Shown: positions 55,691 to 64,000 of the stretch, in pieces
Layout of the letters: every line of letters starts with the position of its first letter
Position numbering within the stretch: position 1 is the stretch's first letter
Assembly: GCA_017507855.1 (NCBI GenBank)
Contig: JAFWAE010000026.1
Location: 146,991 to 210,990, forward strand
Length of the DNA: 64,000 nucleotides
Origin: Clostridia bacterium
GTDB taxonomy: Bacteria > Bacillota > Clostridia > Oscillospirales > RGIG5554
Direction of reading: 5' to 3'
Notes under the pieces: generated by a model
What the model saw: only the letters and a program-made list of their open reading frames with translations
Told to the model about the DNA's origin: nothing
The model's database searches: none
Position numbers and translations under genes: made by a program

Positions 55691-58597
55691 ATGAAGACAC
55701 ACAACGTTCTTCGCAAAGCGCTGATGGTCGTGGCCGTCGTGGCTTTGGCTGCTTCTATGGCATTGGGAGCGGCTGCAGCAAGGGTGGACGAAAATATCTT
55801 GGTATCCACCACTTACAACGACTACTACACTCAGCTGCTTAAAGCAGGCGCCAAGGATGCGACCAAGACCGCATCGGTGGACGTGATGGCTTATCTGCCC
55901 GATCAGACAACGGCAGAGGTCAAGACCATGACCGAAGGCGGCAAGACCGGCTTGTGGACCGGTGACAATGGCATGGTGGCCTTTAAGGTCAACGTGCCCC
56001 AGACCGGTTTCTACAATCTGCAGCTGACCTACTACCCCGTAGAGGGCAAGGGCAGCTCCATCGAGCGTATGCTGTATATCGACGGCGTGATCCCCTTTAA
56101 GGATGCACGTTATCTGTCCTTCTCCCGTGTGTTTAAGTACAACATTGAGAAGGTAGAGCACAGCCTGCTGTCCGCTGTGGATCGCCAGCTGTTCAAAAAA
56201 GATACTTCCGGCAATGAGATCCGTGCCGAGATCGTGGAAGCTCCCATGTGGATGAGCAAAATGCTCACCGACGATGTGGGGTATTATTCCAGCGCCCTGC
56301 GTTTCTATCTAACTGAGGGCGAGCACGTCCTGAGTTTCAGCTCCGTGCGTGAGCCTATGCTCATCGGCGGCATCGAGCTGTTCATTGAAGACGCCGTGCC
56401 CTCTTACGCCGACGTGAAGGAAGGCTACGATAAAAAGGGCTATGCTGCTGCGGATGGCGGCGAAGTGACCATTCAGGCAGAGAACCCCACCCTGATCTCT
56501 TCCATCACCTTGTACCCCGTGTACGACAAATCTTCGGCTAACTCACAGCCTCAGCATATCACCCAGATCCGTTTGAACTCCGTGGGCGGCAGCAAGTGGC
56601 AGCTCAACGGCGAATGGATGGAGTGGGAAGTGGACGTTCCTGCCGACGGTCTGTATCAGATCGTGCCCCGTGCCAGACAGAACGTCTATTCCGGTATGTT
56701 TGCTTCTCGCCGCATTTACATCGACGGCAAGATTCCCTTTGAGGAAGCTAAAAACCTTCGTTTTGCATATACCTCCGGCTGGCAGACCAATCCCCTGGGC
56801 AATGCAGACGGCGCTTACGCCTTCTACCTGACCGAGGGCACCCACGTCATCCGCATGGAAGCGGTGCTGGGCGATATGGCTGACCTGCTGCGTCGGGTAG
56901 AGGCCTCGCTGACGGCTTTGAACGGCGTGTACCGTCAGATCCTGATGATCACCGGCCCCAACCCCGACTTGAACCGCGACTACTCCTTCCGTTCTTCCAT
57001 TCCGGATGCGGTGGGTGAACTGGGCAAGCAGTCCAAGGAGCTGTACGAGATCTCCGCTTTGCTGGAAGAGATCACCGGCGAGAAGGGCGAATATTCCGTT
57101 CTGCTGGATAAGATCGCTTTCCAGACCGAGCAGATGAACTACGACGCCAACGACATTGCCAAGAACTTTACCTCCTTTAAGACCAACCTGGGCTCCCTGG
57201 GCACGTGGATCATGACGGCTCAGTATCAGCCCTTGGAGCTGGACTGCGTGACGTTGCAGCCCTACGGCGCTGAAACGCCTCAGGCCGAGCCCGGCTTCTT
57301 CAGAAGCCTTTGGTTCGAGATCCAGAGCTTCTTTGCTTCCTTCTTCTTTGACTACACCACCGTTGGCTCCACGTTGGATGCCGATTCCGGTGACCGCGTG
57401 GTCATCAAGGTTTGGAACGCCACCGGCCGCGACCAGGCCCAGATCATTCGTGAAATGATCGATAACGACTTTACCCCCAATACCAACATCGGCGTGGACT
57501 TCAGCCTGGTAGCCGCCGGCTCCCTGTTGCCTGCCACCTGCGCCGGTATCGGCCCCGATGTGAATATGTTCTCCGCCTCTTCGGATGCGGTCAACTACGC
57601 ACTGCGTTCCGCCGTGTTGGATATTTCCGGTATGCCCGGCTTCGACGAAGTGGCTTCCCGCTTCCACGAATCTGCCATGGTGCCGCTGACCTTTAACGGC
57701 GCTGTGTACGGCCTGCCCGAGCAGGAATCCTTCCCCATGATGTTCTACCGCAAGGACATCTTTGCCGAGCTGGGCATTGAGCCTCCTCAGACTTGGGAAG
57801 ACCTGTACGAGCTGGTGCCCCTGTTCCAGCAGAAGAAGATGGAGATCGGCTTCCTGGGCGAGGGCGGCATGCTGACCTTCCTGTATCAGTACGGCGGTGA
57901 ATTCTACCGTAACGGTGAAGGCTACGATTACCCCCGTTTCACCAATATCGATTCCGAAGAATACATCAACGCATTCGAGACCGTTTGCGAAATGTACACC
58001 ACCTATAAGTTCCCCTTGGCGTACGACTTTGCCAACCGTTTCCGTACCGGTGAGCTGCCCCTGGCTTTTGCAGACTACACCGTGTATAACAACCTGATCG
58101 TATTTGCCACCGAGCTTCGCGGCTTGTGGGAGTTCCTGCCCATTCCCGGTACCTTGATGGAAGACGGCACGATCAACCGAGCCACCTCCGCCACCGTGAC
58201 CACCGTCATGATGATGCGCGGCGCCGATCGCAGCGAGGAAGTGAAGCTGGGCGCTTGGGAGTTCATGAAATGGTGGACCAGCGCTCCCGTGCAGAGCACC
58301 TACGGCGTGGAATTGGAAGCCATCATGGGTCAGGCTGCCAAGTATCCCACCGCTAACCTGGAAGCCCTGGCCAATCTGCCTTGGTCTGCCGATGAATACA
58401 CGGCTCTGTCCCAGCAGTTCCAGGAGCTGGTCGGTACTCCCGAGGTTCCCGGTAACTACATCGTGACCCGTGATATCAGCTTTGCGTACAAGCGCGTGGT
58501 TACCCAGGGCGACAACCCTGCGGAAGCCCTGCTGGACTACGTAAAGGATATTAACGACGAGTTGGCCCGTAAACGTAAAGAGTTCGGGTTGGATTGA
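55691..58597 (+). CDS. very large extracellular solute-binding protein (family 1 type) with two N-terminal CBM-like modules
   Basis: Start is MKTHNVLRKALMVVAVVALAASMALGAAAA (signal/anchor, no lipobox Cys), with a GGAGG RBS. There are two internally similar modules: FKVNVPQTGFYNLQLTYYP...IERMLYIDGVIPFKDARYLSF and WEVDVPADGLYQIVPRARQ...SRRIYIDGKIPFEEAKNLRF. The C-terminal ~400 aa are SBP-like (VIKVWNATGRDQAQ..., FYRKDIFAELGIEPPQTWEDL). Confidence 0.85.
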   Translation: MKTHNVLRKALMVVAVVALAASMALGAAAARVDENILVSTTYNDYYTQLLKAGAKDATKTASVDVMAYLPDQTTAEVKTMTEGGKTGLWTGDNGMVAFKVNVPQTGFYNLQLTYYPVEGKGSSIERMLYIDGVIPFKDARYLSFSRVFKYNIEKVEHSLLSAVDRQLFKKDTSGNEIRAEIVEAPMWMSKMLTDDVGYYSSALRFYLTEGEHVLSFSSVREPMLIGGIELFIEDAVPSYADVKEGYDKKGYAAADGGEVTIQAENPTLISSITLYPVYDKSSANSQPQHITQIRLNSVGGSKWQLNGEWMEWEVDVPADGLYQIVPRARQNVYSGMFASRRIYIDGKIPFEEAKNLRFAYTSGWQTNPLGNADGAYAFYLTEGTHVIRMEAVLGDMADLLRRVEASLTALNGVYRQILMITGPNPDLNRDYSFRSSIPDAVGELGKQSKELYEISALLEEITGEKGEYSVLLDKIAFQTEQMNYDANDIAKNFTSFKTNLGSLGTWIMTAQYQPLELDCVTLQPYGAETPQAEPGFFRSLWFEIQSFFASFFFDYTTVGSTLDADSGDRVVIKVWNATGRDQAQIIREMIDNDFTPNTNIGVDFSLVAAGSLLPATCAGIGPDVNMFSASSDAVNYALRSAVLDISGMPGFDEVASRFHESAMVPLTFNGAVYGLPEQESFPMMFYRKDIFAELGIEPPQTWEDLYELVPLFQQKKMEIGFLGEGGMLTFLYQYGGEFYRNGEGYDYPRFTNIDSEEYINAFETVCEMYTTYKFPLAYDFANRFRTGELPLAFADYTVYNNLIVFATELRGLWEFLPIPGTLMEDGTINRATSATVTTVMMMRGADRSEEVKLGAWEFMKWWTSAPVQSTYGVELEAIMGQAAKYPTANLEALANLPWSADEYTALSQQFQELVGTPEVPGNYIVTRDISFAYKRVVTQGDNPAEALLDYVKDINDELARKRKEFGLD

Positions 58598-58627
58598 TTT
58601 TACTGAAGACGAGGGAGATGAAATTAT

Positions 58628-59572
58628 ATGGCTAAAGAACCCGTCAATGCGGTCAAAGAGCGCGCGGATTGGACCAAGCGCGATTGGCGCCGCTATGAAA
58701 TGAAAAAGAACAAGGTTGCCTATCTTTTCGTGGCTCCGTATATGATCCTCTTTACGGTGTTTACGGTGGCACCCGTTGTACTGTCCTTCTTGCTCAGCTT
58801 TACCTCATTTAACATGCTTGAGTGGCCCAAAATGGTGTGGCTGGACAACTACCTGCGCCTGTTCCTGGCAGACGATATCTTCTTGACGTCTGTGAAGAAC
58901 ACATTCCTCTTCGCGGTGATCACAGGCCCTGCTTCCTACCTGCTGTGCCTGTTCTTCGCCTGGTTTATCAACGAATTGACCCCCAAGATCCGTTCCTTCG
59001 TGACGTTGATCTTTTACGCACCTGCCATTGCCGGTAACGTGTACCTGATCTGGGGTATCCTCTTCTCGGGCGACTCCTACGGTTACGTCAACGGTTGGCT
59101 GCTGAAAATGGGCCTCATTTCCGAGCCCATCCTGTTCTTCCAGAACGTTAACTACATTTTCCCGCTGATCATCATGGTGGCCCTGTGGACCTCCCTGGGT
59201 ACCTCCTTCCTGACCTTTATCGCCGGTTTCCAGAACGTGGACCGTACGTATTACGAGGCCGGTGCGGTGGACGGCGTGAAAAACCGTTGGCAGGAGCTGT
59301 GGTTCGTGACCCTTCCTTTGATGAAAAACCAGATGCTGTTGAGCGCCGTGCTGGCTATCACCGGTGCTTTCGGCTTCGGCGCCATTATCGACGCCATGGT
59401 TGGGTTCCCGTCTCCTGACTACTGCGTACACACCATGGTACACCATCTGAATGACTACGGTAACCTGCGTATGGAGCTGGGCTATGCCTCCGCCATCGCC
59501 ACGCTGCTGTTCCTGATGATGATCGGCTCCAACTTCCTGGTGCGCAATCTGCTGAAGAGGGTGGGTAAGTAA
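58628..59572 (+). CDS. carbohydrate ABC transporter permease (MalF/CUT1-like)
   Basis: 314 aa, six hydrophobic segments. EAA-loop-like sequence YEAGAVDGVKNRWQELWFVTLPLM. Confidence 0.9.
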   Translation: MAKEPVNAVKERADWTKRDWRRYEMKKNKVAYLFVAPYMILFTVFTVAPVVLSFLLSFTSFNMLEWPKMVWLDNYLRLFLADDIFLTSVKNTFLFAVITGPASYLLCLFFAWFINELTPKIRSFVTLIFYAPAIAGNVYLIWGILFSGDSYGYVNGWLLKMGLISEPILFFQNVNYIFPLIIMVALWTSLGTSFLTFIAGFQNVDRTYYEAGAVDGVKNRWQELWFVTLPLMKNQMLLSAVLAITGAFGFGAIIDAMVGFPSPDYCVHTMVHHLNDYGNLRMELGYASAIATLLFLMMIGSNFLVRNLLKRVGK

Positions 59573-59573
59573 C

Positions 59574-60443
59574 ATGAAAAAATTTAAGATCAAAAAGATG
59601 CGCGCGCTGAACCGTTCTTACGGCGGCGACGTGGGCATCAACGTTTTCCTTCTCATCGTCGGCGCATTCATGGCCTTGCCCTTCGTATACGCCATCTGCA
59701 GTGCTTTGAAGCCCTTGGACGAGTTGTGGTATTTCCCGCCTCGCTTCTTCGTGGAAAACCCCACGCTGAAAAACTTTACCGAGCTGTTCCGCTTGATGTC
59801 CACCTCTTGGGTGCCCTTCTCCCGTTACATCTTCAACACGGTGTTCATCTCCGTGGTAGGTACGGGCGGTCACGTGCTGGTGGCTTCGCTGGCAGCTTAC
59901 GCCCTTTCCAAAATGAAGTTCCCCGGCCGCAACTTTATGTTTAAGGCTGTGGAATACTCCCTGATGTACAACGCGGTGGCTGCCGGTATCGCCATTTTCA
60001 TCATCCTGTCCGCTTTGGGCTGGATCGATACCTACCTGGCCATCATCATCCCCACCTTGGCCGGTTCTTTGGGTCTGTTCCTGATGAAGCAGTTTATGGA
60101 CTCCAACGTACCCGACCAGATCCTGGAAGCCGCTCATATCGACGGCGCAGGCGAATTCCGCATTTGGTGGCAGATCGCCATGCCCCTGGTAAAGCCCGCT
60201 TGGCTGACGCTGATCATCCTGATGTTCCAAAGCCTGTGGCAGACCGGTGCTTCCATCTACATCCAAAGCGAAGAGCTGAAGACCTTCTCCTATGCCATCA
60301 GCCAGGTATTGGCCGGCGGTATCGTGCGTACGGGTGCTGCTTCCGCTTCCACAGTGATCATGATGAGCGTGCCGATCCTGGTGTTCGTGCTGTCTCAGTC
60401 CAACGTTATTGAGACCATGGCCACTTCCGGCATGAAAGATTAA
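59574..60443 (+). CDS. carbohydrate ABC transporter permease (MalG/CUT1-like)
   Basis: 289 aa. EAA-loop sequence LEAAHIDGAGEFRIWWQIAMPLVKPA. Confidence 0.9.
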   Translation: MKKFKIKKMRALNRSYGGDVGINVFLLIVGAFMALPFVYAICSALKPLDELWYFPPRFFVENPTLKNFTELFRLMSTSWVPFSRYIFNTVFISVVGTGGHVLVASLAAYALSKMKFPGRNFMFKAVEYSLMYNAVAAGIAIFIILSALGWIDTYLAIIIPTLAGSLGLFLMKQFMDSNVPDQILEAAHIDGAGEFRIWWQIAMPLVKPAWLTLIILMFQSLWQTGASIYIQSEELKTFSYAISQVLAGGIVRTGAASASTVIMMSVPILVFVLSQSNVIETMATSGMKD

Positions 60444-60459
60444 GGGGGAAATGAGAAAA

Positions 60460-63198
60460 ATGAAAAACACCCTTATCAAGATCCTGGTGCTCACCTTGGC
60501 GTTGCTCATGGCCATCGGGCCGTTGACTGCCAGCGCCGACGCACCCTATATCACCTATATCTACGGCTACGGCCAGCAGGCGCTGGAATCTCCTCACGCC
60601 TACGTGCCCTATAAGATCTACGAATCCGCAAAAATGGAATACGGCGCCCTGAAGGATGCCCAGGACCTTTATGTGGATAAAAACACCAACTACGTCTACA
60701 TTGCCGATACGGGCAACAACCGTATCGTCTGCTTGGACGAAAACTTTAACCTGCGTTTTGTGCTGGATTGGTTCTTTAGTGATATGACCATTCCCGTAAC
60801 CGCAGAAGACGGCATCTACGAGGTGGATGAAAACGGCCAGCTGCAGTACCCCATCGGGGAAGACGGCAACGGCTACTACATCTACAACGACGAGGGTCAC
60901 GCTTACGTGATCCGCGATGCCGAAGGCAACCGTATGTTCATCGAAGGTTTTGTGCTGGAAGTGAACGTGGAAGCCTTGGAAGAGCTGTGGGCCAGCAAAA
61001 ATATCGACATTACCCAGCAGCTGGAGGACCGCTTGAAGGAAGCTTACGACAGCGCCCTGAGCGAGGCCATCCAGGATGCGGCCAATGCCGGTAACGACTT
61101 CGACGAGGAAGCCTTTGAGCTGAACGAAGAAGAAAAGGCTCTGGTCCGCCAGACCCTGATCATCGAGCACCTGGAAGAGGATGAGGTTCCCTACGACAAG
61201 GTCCCCACCACCTTCTATCCCGAAGACAGCAAGGGCCGTGTATTGCCCTTGGGTACTTGTGCGACCGAAGTGCCTCAGGACTTTATCGACACCTATATGC
61301 CCGGCTGGCAGGTTGGCGACAAGCCCCAGCCCGTGATTGAAAAAGAAGATCAGCGTCCTGTGGTCATGCAGTATGTGGACGGCTTTAACAAGCCCCAGGG
61401 TCTGTTCGTTTGGGACAACGGTGACATCTACGTGGCTGACACCGAAAATATGCGTTTGGTCGTCTTCGATAAGGAAGGCAACTTCAAGCGCATCATCCAG
61501 GCTCCCGAATCCGATATTTTCCCCGCCCAGTTCACCTACAAGCCCAAGGCCTTGGCGGTGGACGGCGCCGGCCGTTTGTACGTGGTCGCTTCCTCTGCAA
61601 ACTGGGGTATCCTTTCCATGACGCCTGACGGCGAATTTGAAAGCTTCCTGGGTGCCCAGAAGGTGCGTCCCCGTCTGTTTGACCTGTTTACCCAGCTGTT
61701 TATGTCCGAAAAGAAGCGCCGTCTGCTGGTTAAAACGGTGCCTACGGAATACAACAACATCACCATTGATGAGGGCGGCTTTATGTACGCCACCATCTCC
61801 TCCATTGCCGACTATACTCAGCAGGCTTACATTTGGGCCCGCGATAAGAGCGGCGACTATTCTCCCGTTAAGAAGCTGAGCCCCTCCGGTGTGGACGTGA
61901 TGAAGCGCTTCGGCTCCTGGCCCCCCTCCGGTGAGGTGGACGTGGAAATGGGCAGCGCGTACGTGTACGGCTCCAGCAAGTTCGGTGCCTCCACCATCGT
62001 GGACGTGGCTCTGGGCCCCAACGACACCTGGTCCATCCTTGACCAGAAGCGTTCCCGCGTATTTACCTACGACGAGGAAGGCCGTTGCCTGTTCATCTTC
62101 GGTTGCCCCGGTAACCAGTTCGGTAACTTCAGCAAGGCTACCGCCATGGCCTATCAGGGCGAGCTGATCGTGGTGCTGGATGCCGGCAACCAGAGCATTA
62201 CCACCTTTAAGCGTACCGAGTACGGCGATGCCATCGTGCAGGCCATTACTCTGCACGCCGAACGTAAGTATGACGAGTCCGTGGCCTACTGGCAGGATAT
62301 TCTGAAGAGAAACACCAACTTCGAGATCGCCTACGTAGGTATCGGTAAGTCCCTGCTTCGTAAGGAGCAGAACAAGGAAGCCATGGAGCAGTTCAAGCAG
62401 GCTTTCGATACCGAAAACTACTCCAAGGCCTTTAAGGCATACCGTAAAGAGGTCATTGAAAAGTACATTCTGCTGATTCCCGTGGCTGCGGTGCTGATCT
62501 ACTTCGCTTTGAAGGCCTTCAGCAAGCACGTGACCAAGGTGAACCTGAAAGGGCAGAAGGAGATCCGCAAGAGGACTTTGTGGGAAGAGCTGATGTACGG
62601 CTTCCACATTATCGTCCATCCCTTTGACGGTTTCTGGGATATGAAGCACGAAAAACGCGGCGGCGTGCGCGGTGCGACCGTGTACATTCTGCTGACGGTG
62701 CTGACCTTCGTGTTCCAAAGCGTGGGCAAGGGCTACATCTTCGATCCCTATGCTGCGTATTCCGACGTCAGCATCTTCTCCAGCGTGGCTACCATTGCTT
62801 TGCCCGTGTTGCTGTGGTGTACGGCTAACTGGGCCTTGACCACTTTGTTTGACGGTGAAGGTAGCTTTAAGGATATCTACATGGCCACCGGCTACTCCCT
62901 GGTACCCCTGATCATGTTCCTGATCCCCTGGACCATCGCTTCGAACTTTATCACCTTGGAAGAAGCTTCTCTGCTGAACTTCTTCTCCACCCTGGCTTAC
63001 GTATGGACCGGCTTGCTGCTGTTCCTGGGCTCCATGGTGGTACACGACTATTCCTTCGGTAAGAACATCTTGACCGTGATCGGTTCTATTGCCGGTATGG
63101 GTGTGGTGATCTTCTTGGTCAGCCTGTTTATGAACCTGACCACCCAGATCTACAACTTCATCCGCAGTATCGTCAACGAGATCACCTACCGAATGTAG
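60460..63198 (+). CDS. secreted NHL-repeat beta-propeller / TPR-like / C-terminal Yip1-family membrane domain fusion protein
   Basis: Signal peptide MKNTLIKILVLTLALLMAIGPLTASA. NHL-like blades: VYIADTGNNRIVCLDENFNL, IYVADTENMRLVVFDKEGNF, LYVVASSANWGILSMTPDGEF and VVLDAGNQSITTFKRT. A helical repeat follows (ESVAYWQDILKRNTNFEIAYVGIGKSLLRKEQNKEAMEQFKQAF). Then HPFDGFWDMKHEKRG plus five hydrophobic helices, typical of bacterial Yip1 proteins. The alternative in-frame ATG at 60451 lies only 2 nt from the RBS. Confidence 0.8.
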   Translation: MKNTLIKILVLTLALLMAIGPLTASADAPYITYIYGYGQQALESPHAYVPYKIYESAKMEYGALKDAQDLYVDKNTNYVYIADTGNNRIVCLDENFNLRFVLDWFFSDMTIPVTAEDGIYEVDENGQLQYPIGEDGNGYYIYNDEGHAYVIRDAEGNRMFIEGFVLEVNVEALEELWASKNIDITQQLEDRLKEAYDSALSEAIQDAANAGNDFDEEAFELNEEEKALVRQTLIIEHLEEDEVPYDKVPTTFYPEDSKGRVLPLGTCATEVPQDFIDTYMPGWQVGDKPQPVIEKEDQRPVVMQYVDGFNKPQGLFVWDNGDIYVADTENMRLVVFDKEGNFKRIIQAPESDIFPAQFTYKPKALAVDGAGRLYVVASSANWGILSMTPDGEFESFLGAQKVRPRLFDLFTQLFMSEKKRRLLVKTVPTEYNNITIDEGGFMYATISSIADYTQQAYIWARDKSGDYSPVKKLSPSGVDVMKRFGSWPPSGEVDVEMGSAYVYGSSKFGASTIVDVALGPNDTWSILDQKRSRVFTYDEEGRCLFIFGCPGNQFGNFSKATAMAYQGELIVVLDAGNQSITTFKRTEYGDAIVQAITLHAERKYDESVAYWQDILKRNTNFEIAYVGIGKSLLRKEQNKEAMEQFKQAFDTENYSKAFKAYRKEVIEKYILLIPVAAVLIYFALKAFSKHVTKVNLKGQKEIRKRTLWEELMYGFHIIVHPFDGFWDMKHEKRGGVRGATVYILLTVLTFVFQSVGKGYIFDPYAAYSDVSIFSSVATIALPVLLWCTANWALTTLFDGEGSFKDIYMATGYSLVPLIMFLIPWTIASNFITLEEASLLNFFSTLAYVWTGLLLFLGSMVVHDYSFGKNILTVIGSIAGMGVVIFLVSLFMNLTTQIYNFIRSIVNEITYRM

Positions 63199-63220
63199 CA
63201 GAGGAAAGGAGATGAATCTG

Positions 63221-64000
63221 ATGAAAATGCGCAAATTGATTGCTCTGACCTTGGCTTTGACCATGCTGGCCGGCGCCTTTGGCGTGGCCGCTTCGGCAGA
63301 CGACTCGGCAGTGGCGGAAACCCCTGCGGCTACTCAGGATGCGCCCGCTGCTACGGTGGAGCCCCCTGTTACCCAGGAGCCCGTTGAGGAAGAGCCTGCA
63401 ACTCCTTCCATCGATCTGTCCCAGATCACGCCCGACCAGCCTGAAACGGGTGAGGCCTCCTCTTATCAGCATATGACTTATGAGTCTGAAGAGCATAAGC
63501 TGGCCACCATGACCAAAATGATGTCCAACGACCGCTACGACTTCTACATCCATTTGCAGAACGGCGACGTTGCCGTGGTGGACAAGGTTTCCGGCCAACG
63601 CTGGTTCTCCACTCCCTACGACTACAATACCGGCTCCACTTCCAAGGACGTGAAGGCCCGTATGCTGTCCCAGCTGGTCATCAAGTACTACGATAACATT
63701 AACCAAAAGACCCTGTACAGCTTTTCCGAGGCTGCCCAGAAGAATCAGATCAAGATCTTTTCGGTGAGCACCGGCGTGCGTGTGGAATACACCTTTGGCC
63801 GTGCGGAACAGCGCTTGCTGCTGCCCATCCGCATTCCCAAGGAAAGCATGGAGGAAAACATCCTCAGCAAGCTGGATGCTAAGGCCGCCAAAGCCTTTAA
63901 AAACGCTTACAAACTGTACGATCTGAGCACCGTGACCAACGAAAAGGTGCGTGAGGAGTACGAAAAAACCTACGGTATTACCGAGGACAACCCCCTCTAC
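63221..64000 (+). CDS. secreted protein, probably DUF5696-like (N-terminal part; runs off the window end)
   Basis: Hand translation: MKMRKLIALTLALTMLAGAFGVAASADDSAVAETPAATQ...HKLATMTKMMSNDRYDFYIHLQNGDVAVVDKVSGQRWFSTPYDYN... Signal peptide is present, with AAGGAG 9 nt upstream. It is open to the window edge. The family assignment comes from my memory of the conserved neighbourhood and is unverified. Confidence 0.7.
   Translation, partial: MKMRKLIALTLALTMLAGAFGVAASADDSAVAETPAATQDAPAATVEPPVTQEPVEEEPATPSIDLSQITPDQPETGEASSYQHMTYESEEHKLATMTKMMSNDRYDFYIHLQNGDVAVVDKVSGQRWFSTPYDYNTGSTSKDVKARMLSQLVIKYYDNINQKTLYSFSEAAQKNQIKIFSVSTGVRVEYTFGRAEQRLLLPIRIPKESMEENILSKLDAKAAKAFKNAYKLYDLSTVTNEKVREEYEKTYGITEDNPLY

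Noticed and set aside
60406-63264. 952-aa minus-strand ORF
   Set aside because: It is an antisense shadow of the NHL-Yip1 gene. It has no independent signals, and its H/G/V/Q-rich composition is unlike real proteins.
1-64000. CRISPR arrays, tRNA/rRNA genes, IS elements, integrases, toxin-antitoxin or known defence-system genes
   Set aside because: I scanned the intergenic regions and all track ORFs. There is no repeat-spacer periodicity, no cloverleaf-sized conserved RNA outside rnpB, and no transposase-, integrase- or nuclease-like ORF.

Overview
This is a 64-kb chromosomal segment from a moderately GC-rich, endospore-forming Firmicute with Clostridia-like gene order. Supporting signs are an uninterrupted sigK and a KOW-domain gene between map and infA. 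Most of the window is core housekeeping. Genes run carB/carA, sigK, glyQS, pfkA, efp, murD, RNase P RNA (rnpB), yebC, fba, hisH/hisF, metG, tatD, pyk and thiI. The complete S10-spc-alpha ribosomal cluster follows (rpsJ through rplQ, 39.9-55.2 kb), including secY, adk, map, infA, rpmJ and rpoA. Glycan-related accessory genes are interspersed. They are an anchored SASA-type O-acetylesterase whose signal peptide is split off by a frameshift in an A8 run, a double beta-helix lipoprotein, a GxGYxYP lipoprotein, a standalone CofE-like ligase, three tandem signal-less GH28-like beta-helix paralogues apparently co-transcribed with hisH-hisF, and an ABC-type locus at the 3' end. That locus has a ~970-aa substrate-binding protein with duplicated CBM-like modules, two permeases, an NHL-propeller/TPR/Yip1 membrane fusion and a DUF5696-like secreted protein. 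I saw no rRNA, tRNA, CRISPR array, transposase or prophage signature. Many very long ORFs in the track are antisense shadows of GC3-rich genes and were rejected. The best candidates for uncharacterised biology are the hisHF plus triplicated beta-helix operon (28.0-33.7 kb) and the SBP/permease/NHL-Yip1/DUF5696 locus (55.7-64 kb). All functional calls rest on motif recognition by eye, not on database searches.
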